Assembly: GCA_036172245.1 (NCBI GenBank) | Contig: JAYWIR010000061.1 | Span: forward strand, 1-64,000 | DNA from: Raillietiella orientalis | Taxonomy: Eukaryota | Reading direction: 5' to 3' | DNA: 64,000 nt | Shown: piece after piece, positions 22,830 through 36,517 of the stretch | Layout: each line of letters begins with the position of its first letter | How positions within the stretch are numbered: position 1 is the stretch's first letter | Translations under genes and position numbers: made by a program | The notes under the pieces: model-generated | What the model was told of the DNA's origin: nothing | Seen by the model: only the letters and a program-made list of their open reading frames with translations | Databases searched by the model: none

Positions 22830-23650
22830 CCGAACCACCATGGAAAATAAACACATATGCTTATCCTACAAAGAGCATTACACAAATTTGTTTTCCTATG
22901 CATGGAATATGGGATTAATAATGTCTTCCACGAATGAAGGTGGTCATCACATTCACCGTCCCCATTCATGCTGATTAACCTTACTTATTATTATTGACAG
23001 TAATATTACCGGAATAAATATATTCATTAAGATCAGTGATATACATTATTTCATCAATAATGTACATCACTGGTTAATTGTATTAATAAAATGATAAATA
23101 AAATAAAGTGCATATCGAATCCGTGATATACATTATTTTATTAATGCAATTAATAAATTAATGTACTGTCTACATATATATCAAAGATGATGGAAAATAA
23201 ACATATGTGCATATATACAAATAGATATCGATACAAATTTGATATGAATATATATTTAAACTCATATTTATATGTATAAGTATCAATATACGTCTATTTT
23301 CTACCATCTTCAATATATACATCGACAGTATAATCAACAACTAATTAATTATATATATATGAATATATATGTATTCTTCGTATATACTAATACTATATAC
23401 TAATCCATTTATCAATCTTTATGTAAATATGTACATACAATAAGTATTTGTGTTGTAAGTATAAGTATTTCTTTTTCATGATCTTTCATGTATGTGTGTC
23501 GACAGTATTATCTACAAATTATTAATTTTATTAATAAAAGGGATGGCACTGAATAATTAATTAATCTCTGTTCGAATAATATCACCATTAATAATATGCA
23601 TGCCAGGAAACGTGAATAACGATTCGTATTAAAATCAATTTGTATTTTTC
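22830..23650. repeat. AT-rich island built of direct and inverted subrepeats (foldback/MITE-like)
   Basis: ATGGAAAATAAACA at about 22840 and 23190; GTGATATACATTATTT at about 23036 and 23122; 23161-23208 is an inverted copy of 23286-23333; a third arm-like copy lies at about 23465-23510. Confidence 0.7.
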
Positions 23651-25929
23651 AGTCTCTTTCGGGATTTTGACCGACACCCAGTAAAAGATCCCGCAGTGTT
23701 GTTCCCGATCCAGCGTGATGAGTTCTTATTTATTAATTGATGGAATGCTGAATCTCCGGTTGCCTTCCTGTCGGGAAGAGCCTCCGAGTAGGGTGGGACG
23801 GCAGGGGGATCTCCCCATGACGGAAAACCCGGGTTAGGGATAAGAAAATGTGTCGCGCATCGGCCCGTTTCTGCTCAACGGTTCATCTCCTCCGCCTTCC
23901 TGATTGCAGATGTAGGCGTTGCGGTGCAGCCTAATCTTTCTGCCGAATTTGCGGGCATCGGCCACCCGGGCCTGAGCTGACCTCTTTCACAAAGGATGCG
24001 AGCCATGGGCACCGTCGACACCCAAAAGGCGATCGCGTAGGGGCACGACGAGCTGGTAGGGCAGCTCAAGTGGGCTGAACGCCGGCAACCGCTGACCCCC
24101 AATCAGCTTGTCCCGAGAGCGGATTCGAAGCTGAAGCCAGATCTGCGCTCCAGGGCAAAGGAAGGCAATTACTCTGAATCGTCGAGAGTGCTAAGAAACG
24201 GCGCCAGAAGCCCGCTGCACAGGGCACATGAAGAAAAAGCAAGTGTGGAGGCTTGGCTCTCGGAAAGGAGCCCGAAAGGTGCTCTGCAAAGGACAGATAG
24301 ATCGGTAAGATGGTATGGGAAAAGTTTACCCCATCGTCCCCGTTCACTTATTTGTAACTCTCCATTTCGGTGTCCTGCAGATGACGCAATGTGCTTATTT
24401 TGAGCCTCATTATCAAAACGCGCTCGGAAATTGGGCCTGCAATTGGAAATGCAGGAGTAATATGGTCGAGCGATTCTCGCATGTCAAATTATGCAGTTGC
24501 CATGGGAACCAGAGGTGGCAATATAGGAGGAGGACGGAAACAAGTCCTTGCTGAAGAATTCAACGGTGCCTATCGAAACTTCCTGCATTCCCGGAAACAT
24601 GAAATCTTCACGCCACGTTTTCAGGAACTCAAACTATCACTTCATCAATACTACCTCTCAGACAAATTTCATCACTCATCTACTTTACATTCTTCCTCAT
24701 ATTCCCCCTTCAAGCCCAGCCTTACTAATTTAATTAAAACATCGATAAGTTTTTATGGAGAAAGAATAGGTGTGACAGGGAGATGATCACTATGATGAAG
24801 GGTAAGATGAAGTGTAGGGGAAAGAATCGATCAAGAGTGGGATTGGATACGAAAAAATTTTCCTATAAAAAGGAGATGATGTCCGATGTAACAGAGTAAC
24901 GTGGTCTTAGTCCAATAATCATTGTCCTGCAGTCTTACCAAGGATTTTCTTCATTTTCTACTAGTAGAATTGCTGTAGATTCTTGGATGAGGAGTCGCAA
25001 CAAACCTGCAAGACGTTTTGAGGATCACAAATGCTTCCTGGAGCGAGGTGCAGTCTTCTGCATGTCGGTTAACTGCCACATCCCAAAGGACGTCGTCATG
25101 ACCCAGCCCGTCAGCTTTGATGCAGGAGCAGAACAGCCATTTGATTGTGATGAAGAGCTTAACCATCCAGGAAACTGCAAAAAACCAAAAAAAAAAGCAT
25201 CACCTCGTTCGAAGCCGAGACCACGAACACCAGAACGAGAGGACCTGCAACGACAAACCACAAAGGTTGCCAGAGACGCTCGCAGGACAATGCACCCCTA
25301 AGATCCATCTCTTGGGGGACAGAGAACTTGCGGAATTTTTTTCCTCTGAAGACAGGGAGTAGCTGTTACCGTTGCCGCTGCCTTCCTGAGAGCTCCGAGC
25401 TCGCTTCTCTTCTGCTCGGGATCGCACGAGATGGAGTCTTTCTTTGAAGTGATTTTCCGTGGCGCCTGAAGCTGGAGGACCATCGTCCCTGCTTGCTTTT
25501 CTCCGTGGACAGAGAACTTTTTAGGGGAATGCAAGTCACGACGGCTATTTTGAGCCAAGATCACACCAACGTGCAGCTCTGTGTCTCGCGAGTTTCGTGA
25601 GTGTCGCAATCTGAAAGTGATGAGGAGGACGTTGGGTAATGAATGGACGTGAATTTTCCTTCCACCCCTAGTTGGTATGGTAAACACCTAATGGTTCTTT
25701 GCTTTCGCGCCCATTCAATGACTGCACTCTCGCAAAATGGGGACTGATCGACGCATTTATTCTCCCGACCCAGCATGAGGATGCCAAAAGCAATGGAAGC
25801 CTTCAAAAAGATGTTTCCTAACATCAGGGGAATCTCCTACAGCAGCGTGCTTGTGAGGGAAGTGTCTTTTCTTGTGCTTCAGGAACTCATACCTCCATTA
25901 TGAAGCGCCTTCAAAGGTTTCCGAACTTC

Positions 25930-26900
25930 GTGAACCGGTAAAGCCGGAGCGTTTATTGTAAAAAAAATATTTAACAAAGAAAAAACCATATAAAATATAA
26001 AAATGTCCTCCTATGTAGCGGTTTTACATCACTACTACGGTGGCAGGTCCCCGGAGGCGCTACTTCTCGTGAGCCGCTCCCCGATGAAGTCCGCATAGGA
26101 TAAGTGGGGGAAGGGGTAAACAAAAACAAAAAAACACACACAAAAGTTCAGTCGAAGAATGTTGGGGGGGGGAGGGAAGGGATCACAGATTTCTTCCTGA
26201 CATCCTCAGCATACCCTGAAGGCTGGAGGATATTGGTAACTTCCTCCTTTTGCTGGCAGAGATGTGGCCATCTAGTCACCTTCCTCATGAAGGAGCAGGT
26301 GATCACGATGACCTCACCGTTCGACTGGCCTCTTCCTGCGCGGTTTCTCGCCGCCACGATCCCACGAAGGCAGCACGGATCTGCAAGGGAAGCTGCAGGC
26401 GGCATCGAAGAGGCGCCGCAAGACCTCTTTGAAGCTGCCCATCGGGAATGGGAAGACCGCAGCGAAGCGTTTTCAGGCACTCGGGAGAACAACACAATCC
26501 AACAACAGGTGCGGGAAGGTTTCCCGTTCCCTGCACCTGGCACAGTTCGTCCAGCGGTGGACTCGTGCGTGGCACGGGATCGCTCAGCGCAACTGCAATG
26601 CCGAGTCCCGCCACTTCAGGGGAAGCGTGATGCTGTCCACAAACATTGGGGGTATTCTGCCTCTTTGGGAGGAATGTCCAGGAATTTCACCCAGAGACGA
26701 ATTCCATTGGGGAGAGTAGAGAGGGTAAATGTGTCAGCCAGTTGATGCGTCGTCCAGCATCCCAGCCACTTCTTTTTTTCTTCGATCTCGCAGGATACCT
26801 CCCATTTCGCAAGGCTGCGCTATTTCCACTTTGTACTGCATTTTGCAGGATAGCGCCTTCACTGAGCGCGTGACTGAAATCTGCCGTAGGAAATTTCACT
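25930..26900 (-). mobile_element. 5'-truncated degenerate LINE copy 5
   Basis: Minus strand: WEVSCEI..CWTTHQLAD, LPLKWRDSAL, CARCRERETFPHLLLDC, CCLRGIVA, RWPHL, then a T-rich UTR and AATAAAC-GCTCCGG-CTTTA-CCGG at 25935-25957. Confidence 0.88.
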
Positions 26901-29900
26901 CCAGCTTCTCTCCACGCTCCACTTTTTCTTGCCTGGTTGCAAATTCATCCGCGTGTTTCGGGTGGACTCCTGAAGGAGACAGTCGCTCTGGACTTGCTGT
27001 TCGGCACGGAACCCGTTCTGAGACGTCCTGACTTTCGCCTGTCCGCCTTCCGCTGAACAGCCGGAGGGAAATTAATCGAGCGGATCAATCAGTTTTCGCG
27101 CCGCACCTTCCTTCATCCCTGATGCATTCTGAGAGCAAGCGCACCTGCAACCGTCTTGGTCAAGCTCCCGTCAAATCAGCTCCTTGTACAGATGTGCGAC
27201 ATCTACATACGTACCTAGCCCTGATCGATACGAAGATATACGCGCGGTGCTTCGTATTTGGATGAAAAAGAGTTCCAATTTTTTGAATGCAAAGTGGAAA
27301 CTGAAGTTGGAGACTTTGAGGCCGATCCAAAATTGTAGATGAGCTCTGTTTGCTTCATGAAAAGGACCTGCTCCTTCCGATGACGGTCAGAGCTTGCGGC
27401 ACGTAAGATTCTTCTCCCATCTTTGTGACAGCAAGCGATAGATTTGGAAACCGATGAATCCAGAATAACACAATCCTTCCTCCCGAAATTCCCTCGAACG
27501 CTTTCTTGAACTGTAGCTGTGCTCCTTTGTCAGGACAGAGAAGCGGAACAAATGATGATCCAAGGGCTGAAGTTTCCAAAACATAAGAGAAGCAGGCGGA
27601 TGCAGCTTCCCCTTTCGGCGTTCGGTCCAGAATCTGCTGCATGTTTCCATGTCAGGAACCAACCTGCTACAGCGCTAGGCACGAGAATCTTGGGCTTTTC
27701 GGGAATAAATAGCAGCTCCCTGTTGATCTCAAAGCGGTCGTTCCGTTGTTACCATACACAGTTGGGATGAAAAGATTGTGGGCAAGGTAGGGAGACGCAG
27801 CTACCACAGCCTCTTCTTCGCCTTTGCGGGAAATGAGCTGCTCTGGGATGGGTGTCCAAGAGTAAGGGGTGCCCCTTATGGAAGCGAGGGTTGACGAAAG
27901 GCTCTGCGAGCCATCTCCTCGGGCACCGGACTTTTCCCTTCTTCGGGATCAAAGCGGCTGCTTGCCTGTGAGTCGGTGCTGCTCAGCTGGTCTCCCTCCT
28001 GGAGACTGGATTTTGTGGGCCTCCTTTCGAGAGTTTGGAAGGGATGCCCCGGACGTGCGTTGGATGGGTGGGTGACTTCACCAGCTCGCTCATCCCGGGC
28101 TCGCATCCTCCCTGTCGGAAGGCTTGCATACCGAAAGCAAGGACATAGCTGCAGGAGGCGTCCAGTGTGGAACGAGACGTTGCCTCGCGGGCTCGACCGC
28201 TGCTCGTTGCACCCTTCCCAATGCATCTGGTGACGCGGTGCCTCGATACACGGGCTGGGTACGGAAGCTGATACAATCTGGAAGATGGGGTTCACGCAGA
28301 GGAAGAAGAAGAGTAATTATCCTGGATGTCGCCTCCTTCCCTCACGTAAAACTCCTTCCAGAAATGCACCTGACGCGTCCGTAGGGTCTCGAGGGAGGAC
28401 AGGGGATCGAGCGCAAAGACCTCGCCGCCTTCTTGTCAGCACAGGACGTCCACGAGATCTCGTGGTTGGCTTTCCAGATCCCGGGATCACCGAGTGAAGT
28501 GGTAATCGTGAGAGCTAAGTATCCCATGGGTAGACCTTGGCCAAAATGACGTTCCTCATGGTGGTGCTTAAGATCCAATATGGCCGCGATTTCTGTTGGA
28601 CTAATGGGCTGCAACATCCTCCCTATGAAGCAAGCAGAGAGAACATCAACTTCGAAGATGAACTGACACCAGCTGATGCGGATGTGGTCGGGAACAGGAA
28701 TGATAATGAACGGGGCTTGGAGATGGAGGTGGCGAAAATGGCGAGGGTCACCACGAACCTGCTCCCTCCGGCTCGAGCGGAGCTGGTGGGCGCGCTGTTC
28801 CTGGGACGTCCGGCTCGTTCAGTGCGCCGCCGTATCCCGGCATCCCGACGAGCCGACAGCGGTGCCGCCTATCGACGCCTTGGTGTCTCCCGGGAGCGAA
28901 AAGGAAGGCTCGCGGCCCGAACGTTTCGGGGACGTCCAGCTCTCGCAGGACGCGGGAGCGAAGAGGAAAAAATAGCGCGGCTACCGTTACAGAGGGTCAC
29001 TGGCGAGGTCACGCGCTGCTGGAGTGAAGGGCGAGTGGAGGGGGAGAAGATCGAAGAGGGGAACCGGACAGAAGGGTGCATAGCGTGGGCGGGAGCAAGC
29101 CGCAGAACTGGTGGGCGGTACGCGCCCCACCCCGCTGTTCGGAAAAATGGGAGGCGGAGAAGGGCGGCGGTGGCTCTTCGCGGGAGCTCCCGCCCCGCCA
29201 ACAGCGAGGCGGAATGGGGACTCCCTTCGAAGCTAGTGGAGAGGGAGTCCCCGCGGGGAGAACTTTGCGGATCGTGTCCCGGAGAAGGCGGGGGAAGAGA
29301 AGAAAGGGGATACCGACACTTCAGAGAGATGCTCTCAGGGTCCAGTGTTGGATGGGGGATTCCGTGGCCTCTGGAAGGGTGGCGATGGGTGCGCTAACTC
29401 TCCTCTTCCCGGAAGGTAAGGAAGGGAGGGCTGTCAGGCGGAATGCCGGGGTCCTGGACGAACCTCTTCCGGAGCGGAGGGGATACCTTCCCGGGCATCG
29501 TGCGCGTCCTCTGGGACGCCGCTCTCGCAATGCTAGATCCCCAAAAGGGGATCTCCCGGGGGAGAACCTGGTGCGTCCGAGAATAAAGGGTGGGGGAAGA
29601 TAAGGATCGCGGAAAACCGGGACTCCCGGAGTGGCGGGAGAGGCAGCTTCGATCCCGTATCTCCCTCCTCTTCCTCCCTCCGCCATTTCCCTTTTCCGGA
29701 CGTCCCACTCGGTCCCCAGGGAGCCAAGGGCAGCCTCTCCCGCACGAATGCATCCAAAATCCAGGAAAACTTTGGTTTCTCCCTCCCTGGGGTCCCCGCT
29801 CGCCTGTCGGGATGAGCGGGAAGCCGACTGCAGCCTCCTCTCCCCTCCTACAGGTCTCACTCCCTCTCCCCGGGGCAACGGATGTTTCCTGGTCTCTGCC

Positions 29901-32900
29901 CTCCCACTCCGATTGCTCTTCCAGCCATCGGGAGGAGAGAGAAGAGTGCTGCTCGGGAAGGAGTCGTCCTTCAAGACGGGAGCGAACGGAAACCGGGGAA
30001 GGGAGAAGAGGAGGAGGGAACGGAGACCGGGCGAGGAGCGCCGTCCCGTTCCCGAACCTCTTCAGGGGTGAGACGGAGGTCAGGGAGGGTGCGGGGGAGT
30101 TCCCTCAGCCCTCCCAAGGGAAAGATGGAGCTGTTGGATCGCCCTGTCCTGTGGAGGTGTTGATCACCCTGAGCTTTTCTCCATGGATGCCGCGGGCATC
30201 GTGCTCCCACTCCCTGAGCCTGCCTCCTCCCTACTATTGTCTTGGCAGCGGAGAGCACGGGAGCTCCACCCCTCGCCCCGCCCCATTGTCTCGAGCACAA
30301 AGGGACGCCCGCGCAGCCTCATTGGCTCTCCCGCTCGGGATCCTCGCCCGCCTTCCCGCCGCAGAAGGAAAGAGGGCAGGCAATCTCAGGGCCTCTCCAC
30401 CTGAGGCAGGGACAAGGCAGGGCCTCCTCCCGACGTTCGAGGGCTGGTGACTCTTCCGCAGCCGGTGGAAAGGTGGACGGATTCCAGGTTCCAGGATAGG
30501 AGGGGGATGGACTGAGACTGAGACTCCCCTTAGTCAGGGGGGGGGGGCTTGTGGAACTCCCGCGGAATCCTCCAGAGATGTCCAGGACTGTTCGACTACG
30601 CCTGAGGAATCCTCCTCACGCATTCCTCTCGGGGACACCAGAGACGACCCTCCTCCAGAGACTATAGCAGCCCTATGGAGAGGGGACGGGGACACTCGCA
30701 GGAAAGGGTCTCAAATCGGACCGTCTGAGACTTGATGGCTGCGCTGGATCCCGGAGGGGACGACCGCTCGCTCCCTGAGCTCCCTGAAGACCGAGCAGTC
30801 GCCAGGAGACCATCCAGGAAACGCGTGTGTCTATTCCCTTTACTCGAACGAGGCAGGGGCGCGCTCTCGGTATCCCGTCTTGGCGCACTGACATCTGCCT
30901 CCGCTGACATCCGCGATCCTGTCCCGGGAACGGCGGCGGCGAGGGCGGGTTCCCACATGCAGCTCGGCTATCTTCCTGCGCCCATCCTGGCTTGCGACTG
31001 GGCCCGGAAAAAGTCCCTTCGGATCCTCGTTCCGTCGGACCCAGTCTCGCCTCCGCCTTGTACATTTGTACATCTGTACACTGCACCGCCTCCACCTCGG
31101 CTGAGCGTGGTGGTTTTTCCCGCGCTTCTCACCTTCTAGAAAATAGACCGTAGAGGGGGAAGGGGGCACTTTTCAGGTGCCCCTGGAAGGCCACGCGGGG
31201 GTTAACGAGATGGCGAGGAGGGTCTCTGTGGCCAGCGGATGACGGCATCTCTTGCTCTTGGAAGTAAGACGTCCTGAATTCCCACCCTCGAGGCGGGAGA
31301 GCCCAGCTTTCTCCCGTCTCTTCCTCCATCTTTCTGCAGAGCGCGTCATCCCCCGGTGCGTCGGACTGGGGACGATCCCGAGGATCCTCCTACTCCTCTG
31401 GCGCTCCCTCTCTTTTTCCCTTGCGGCTCCGGTACTCCGAATCCCGAAGGAGTGCCGTGTCGGATCGGCTGCGCGCCTGCGCAGGAGGGCGCGCTCGCGT
31501 CCCCCAGAGGGAAAATCAGGCACGCTCCATCGAGCAGAGAATCACGGTGCGGGATGAAAGTGGATCGGGGAAGCGATTCCCTAGGAAATGGAGACGCCTG
31601 CAGAGTGTCTCCACCTCCTCCACGCCAGATGAGGGCGGCTTCTTCGCGGGCTTCATACCCGCCTGCTCCGCGCGTCCGGGAGGGACCTGATGAGTTCGCA
31701 GTTTCGATCGGGTCGAGGGAAGCACCCGCGAGATGGCAGGAGCAGATTGAAAGGGGAGGGAAGGGGGAACACACGGAGGAGCGAAGAGAGCAAGGGCGAG
31801 CGCAGGCGGACTCTCGAGAACCTTCCTGTCCCCTCGCTTCCGGAGTCCGCACCTCTCCGAGCCCGTGACAACCCGTGCACAAGGCTCCCCATGCAGCCGG
31901 AGCACTCCTGAGCGCGCGCTCCGTCCAAGCGGGACTCCCTCCGCGCTGAGTTCCGAGAAGGAGCGCACAGAGAAGCGGGGAGACGCTCTTCCCTACGGCG
32001 GAGGGGAGCGACTCCGACATCGGTGCTGATGACGACCAAAGGTGTGATCCCGCAGTCTAAGGAGCAGACGCATCGGATGCGGGGAATGGCGGTGCCGTCC
32101 TGTCTGGTCCATCTGGGAGAAGACTTTTCCGTGTGTTGGGCCGGCCTCACCCGGGAGTGCTCCAGAGGGGGCATAGCTAGCTCGTGCATAGGAGGCGCCG
32201 ATCTTCTCGCAGTTTCCTGTTGAGCTCTGCGAAAATTCCTCTATTCTTCCTGGGAACCTAAAGCGCAACAAGATGGCATCTTCCTCCTCCAGGGAGCAGC
32301 TCCGGTGTTTTACCACGACCTACGGGAAGAAGCCACAACATGGCATCTCTTCCCTGAAATGTCTCTTCCGAAGCCCTTTCTGGAGGAGCACTTTGAGGTA
32401 GGATTTAACGCACTGCTTTTCCCTGTCCCTCTCTCAAGGGACAGGGAAAAGCAGTGCATTAAATCACAGTTTATGAAATTCAACCGCTTATTGAAAACCA
32501 GGAGTTTGGCTGGGCGGCTTCGTAGATGTCGCTACCTAGTCTACCTCCGACCTACTTAGTCGAGGGTGTGGCAAGGGGTCTACGGAAAAAGGCTGACGGC
32601 TTTTCGTCTCGCGCTTTCGTGTGATGCCATCTTGATGGATTTGCTGCATCCCCTCCTCGCCTGGTTCGCACAGCGGAGCGTCGGCTCGTTCTTCTCCTAC
32701 CACTCCGAGAAGTCTTGAAGACAGACGAACAAATGCGATGAGGCTGGATGAACGAGCGAACGTTACGGCGGTTCCTCCTTTCAACGAGGGAGTGACCCTC
32801 GCAAGAAGTCCCTTGAAAGCGAAGGAGTTCACGTTGATGCTCTGACCTAGGCCGACCGAGGATACGCTGGATGCGTGCATCCGTTACCGGTCGCATCCCG

Positions 32901-33779
32901 AATCTGCCAGGGATCAAGTTCTCCGCCTAATTTCGCCCAAGTAGCTGGTTAAGCCAAATCTTCCTGTCCTCGCAAATGTTTTCTGGAAGCAGGGTGAAGC
33001 TGATTCATGCGTGAGAGGATCATCCCCACTCACTGTGCTTTCGATAGCTCTTTTTTTCCCCGCTGCGTTTCCTCTTGGTGCACTAACCATTTCGCATCCG
33101 AAGGGACCTTGCAGGCGCTCCTTTTTTCCCGCTTTATCCTCCTGGAGAGGCACTTTGGGCTTAGGCTTGCTCTCTTGAAGGAAAGGAAGGAAAAAAAAAA
33201 AAAAAAAAATCCATTGGCTTTTTCGCACATCTTCGAAGACTGCCTCGAGGATGTATAAATTTTCCTGCATCCATGCCTGCTTCCTCTTCTCTCAGATGAG
33301 AGACCCAGCTTTCTGTACGATCGTCGAGAAGTGAGGATCGTGGATTTCCGGATGCATTCGGAGCGGCTCCTCCTCCTCCTCGAGGCATCTGGGCGACCGT
33401 TTTCACATTTGACTGAGACCAAGTTCAGCACCTGATGCCCTTTGTTTGCTCTCTCCCTTCGGCTCCATTAGAGCATCCATCTTTAACTTTCGTCAGGAAG
33501 GCCGGCTAATGGTGGATCTTCCCCTCCCGAATGCTTCGTTATTCCGAGGTGATCCCAATTACGTGGGCACCGAGTGCTGCAAAAGCGTTCAGGGTAATTT
33601 TTTCCCCTCCCCTCAAAAAAAAAAAAACAGGGAAGCCGCATCGCTCTTGGAAAAATTTTCTGGGATTTTTATGTCAGCAGCAGGGAATCCTCTTTTCGGG
33701 AATGCTTTTGTGCGTGCTAGCCAAGCGGCCTCTGCGTGGTGGAAGATCCCTCTCTCCTCGGTATCCATCAACCTGTCAG

Positions 33780-34950
33780 GGACCGAAAGATGTGCACAAC
33801 AATCAATATATTCAAATCAGAACTGCACTGCATCTGCAAGTCACTTCCGGTTCTTGAAACGCTTGAATAGGATCTTGAGATGATCAAGCGTTTCAACAAT
33901 GGCAATGTGATCCGTTTCCAAGATGATGCCCTTTCGTAAGCTGCAAAGGGTTCCTCTGAGTGACGCGGGTGCTGATTTCGCTGTAGCTCACGACCTCCCA
34001 CAGAGGTGTCTGCCTCTGATGGATCCCTGTGACTTTTCATTTCACCCGATGGCCTTCTTCGCCTCATGCAAAACTTCTTTAAATGCAACTTGGGTGCTTC
34101 CTGAATCCATCAACAAATGGACCGCTACTCCGGCAGCTTCCAGTCTTCGCTTCTTCCGTTGTAAATTGCTAATAGACGTCGACTTTTCCGAGAATTTCGG
34201 GGAATGAAAGTGACATGGGGATGCTGAGAAAAGCATCCATGAAACCTCATCACTGAACAAGAGCCTTCTCGAAGATCCTAGGTCTTTGAACCTTGTGATG
34301 CTGTAAAATTCGTCATTCAAGGAAGCCTTCGAACGCAGTCGCGACATCGAGGTCGAACCACGTGATTCTTGATGAGAAACTTCCACTGAACACTCAAAGA
34401 CACCGAAATGGTGTTTGGGCTGATACTCCATTCCAATTGATCCTTGGTCCAGGGACGATCAATCGCACCGGAGTGGATATTTCGCTAGCATAAACCAACT
34501 TTTTCAGAGAGTAAAAGCTGTTCCTGCAGAAATAAGGAGCTGAATGAAGGGCTGTTCCCGCTGATGATCAGCGGAAGAATAAAAAATCTCATTGCTGTAG
34601 CTGCTCGGAAAAACTCCACGGTGGGCATCTCGGAAGATATAAGCTTGCTTCTTGGGGCGCAGAGCCAGATGTTCATGCGGTCCCTTCTCCATCTAAGGGA
34701 AGGGAAAAAGGTCGAATTACCTGCAGCGAAGGGAGGTGGCCGGGTCACCAAATGCACTGCTCCGTCGAGAACGGCACGGCTGACTTGCAAGTTCACTCCG
34801 AAAAACCCTGCTCCGAGCTCGCAAAGAGGAGAGGATTCTGTTGCGATTCCCCAGCGAAATTTCGAGATCCGAGACTTTCCGATAGATTCCTGCATCTTTT
34901 CTCCCTGTCAGCATTCATCGCATCAGGCACCTTACTGATGCACTGGAGTC
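33780..34950 (-). pseudogene. Long stop-interrupted reading frame of unknown function
   Basis: ORFs 34717-34914, 34504-34692 and 34042-34431 share one frame, which continues as ..LRKGIILETDHIAIVETLDHLKILFKRFK with only scattered stops over about 370 codons. Confidence 0.35.
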
Positions 34951-36279
34951 TCCTTAGAGACGAAGAATGCTATTCCACCTTCTCAGAGTGAATCCTCAAG
35001 GAACGTGCCTCCACAGGAGCTAGTCTGGGAATCCTCGCAGCTCCTACTCACGTGCTGCTGGAATGGGTCCTTAGGCTGGAGCAGGGATGAATGTGCACCG
35101 CAGAGACAATTCGATGTTTTCCTACGCGGAAGAATGTCGGTTCCTCCTTGTGGGAGCTCTTCTGCCGTGTGAGAGAGCCAGAAGTCGGGATGGAAGAAGA
35201 GCGTGGACGGCATATTTCATGGCCCTCAGGCAAAGGTACGGCAAAATGACCAGGACTCGATGGTGCGATCGTGCAAAAGAGCTTCGAGGCAATTTTTAGG
35301 AAGAGCAGTCGTAACATTCCATTCCTTTCCCTCTTCCTTCGCGAAGAGGACCTTTGGGAGTCACGACTCTCACCTCGTGACCCGTCCTCCTCACTTCATT
35401 TATGCATTCGGCTCTCATCTCTCCTTCCCCGCCGCCACTCCTCCCTTAGCACTGTTTCCAGTCGGTTTTGTTTCGAACAGACTGACTTCCGATCCTTTCC
35501 TTTTGTTGATTTCATTTATTTATTCTGAATAAATAGGTCAGCATGCCGAGGTCGTTTCCGGGGAGTCCTTCAACGAGCAGAAGAAGCTCAGATCTTGATC
35601 GAAAATTATCTAATCCGCTGTCGATCTCCTGGGAGAATTCAGTGTGTCGTGGGTCCTTTCCTGCCGTCCCAGCAACCAACTCTCCCCCACCAATCCCATC
35701 TGCACTCTTGTTGTTTGAGACTGAGATACGCCGCGGGTTTCGAACTCTTACTCCGATGCAGAAAGCAACGCAGCTTCACCATGGCAACTTATGATGGCCA
35801 TCAAGGTGCGGGTTCTGAGGGTTCCTAGCTTTGTACATCTATCCAAGTAAACGGACCGTTCATGCTCTCAGGCAGTCATCAGGTTTCCAGCATCTTCAGC
35901 TTCCAGCAGTCCCGTTGGGGGAGCAGGCAGGCAGCAGGCACTCCGGTCGAGCAGCAGGACCTGTTTTTTGCACTCTCCATCCTCCCAACGTGTGAAAAGC
36001 AAGTGACCCTTTACATAGAAGCAACAACAAGGAGCAGGGAGAGGCCGGCGAGTGTAGCAGTGGTGTACAAGGCATGTGGGCTTCATGCGTTCTGAAACTG
36101 CACTGTCGTTGAAGACTGTACTTGGTTGTTCTCTGTCGAGGGAAGCACGGAGCGGCAACTTGAGTACATGAAGAGCTACTCGCCAGTGTGCTGAGCACCG
36201 TGCACGTCGGTAGGGTCACATTGTATAGGATTTCGAAAATAGGGCAATGCCCACGGCTTAGGTTTGGTTTGGAACTGCT

Positions 36280-36517
36280 CCGTTCACACAACTGGAGGGG
36301 AACCTCGAAGGAAGCTGGTTCCTTGATGGAAGGTGGAAGCTCAACTTCCAATCCCGGCCAGGCAACGGGGGCATTCGACTCCCGGCTTCCCACCAGTGCC
36401 CCACTCGTCACCCCCCGGGAGGAATTCGTAACCCACGACGCATCCATTTCCCTGAGCCGATCCATCCTCGGGTGGGATTCGACCCACTTCACAGCCACAC
36501 GACCGCCGACGAGGGGC
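36280..36517 (-). mobile_element. Repeat family B copy; tRNA-like head with internal deletion
   Basis: The minus strand reads GCCCCTCGTCGGCGGTCGTGTGGCTG..AGTGGGTCGAATCCCACCCGAGGA-TGGATCGG. The body (cgaaggaagctggttcctt..caacttccaatcccggccaggcaacggg) matches 17095-17190. Confidence 0.75.

Noticed and set aside
25060..25110. WD40-like GHDDVLWDVAV
   Set aside because: A single short motif without further repeats.
28537..30450. Two 286-aa ORFs as real genes
   Set aside because: Arg/Gly/Pro/Ser-rich translations with ORFs in several overlapping frames are typical of GC-rich non-coding DNA; no domain is recognisable.
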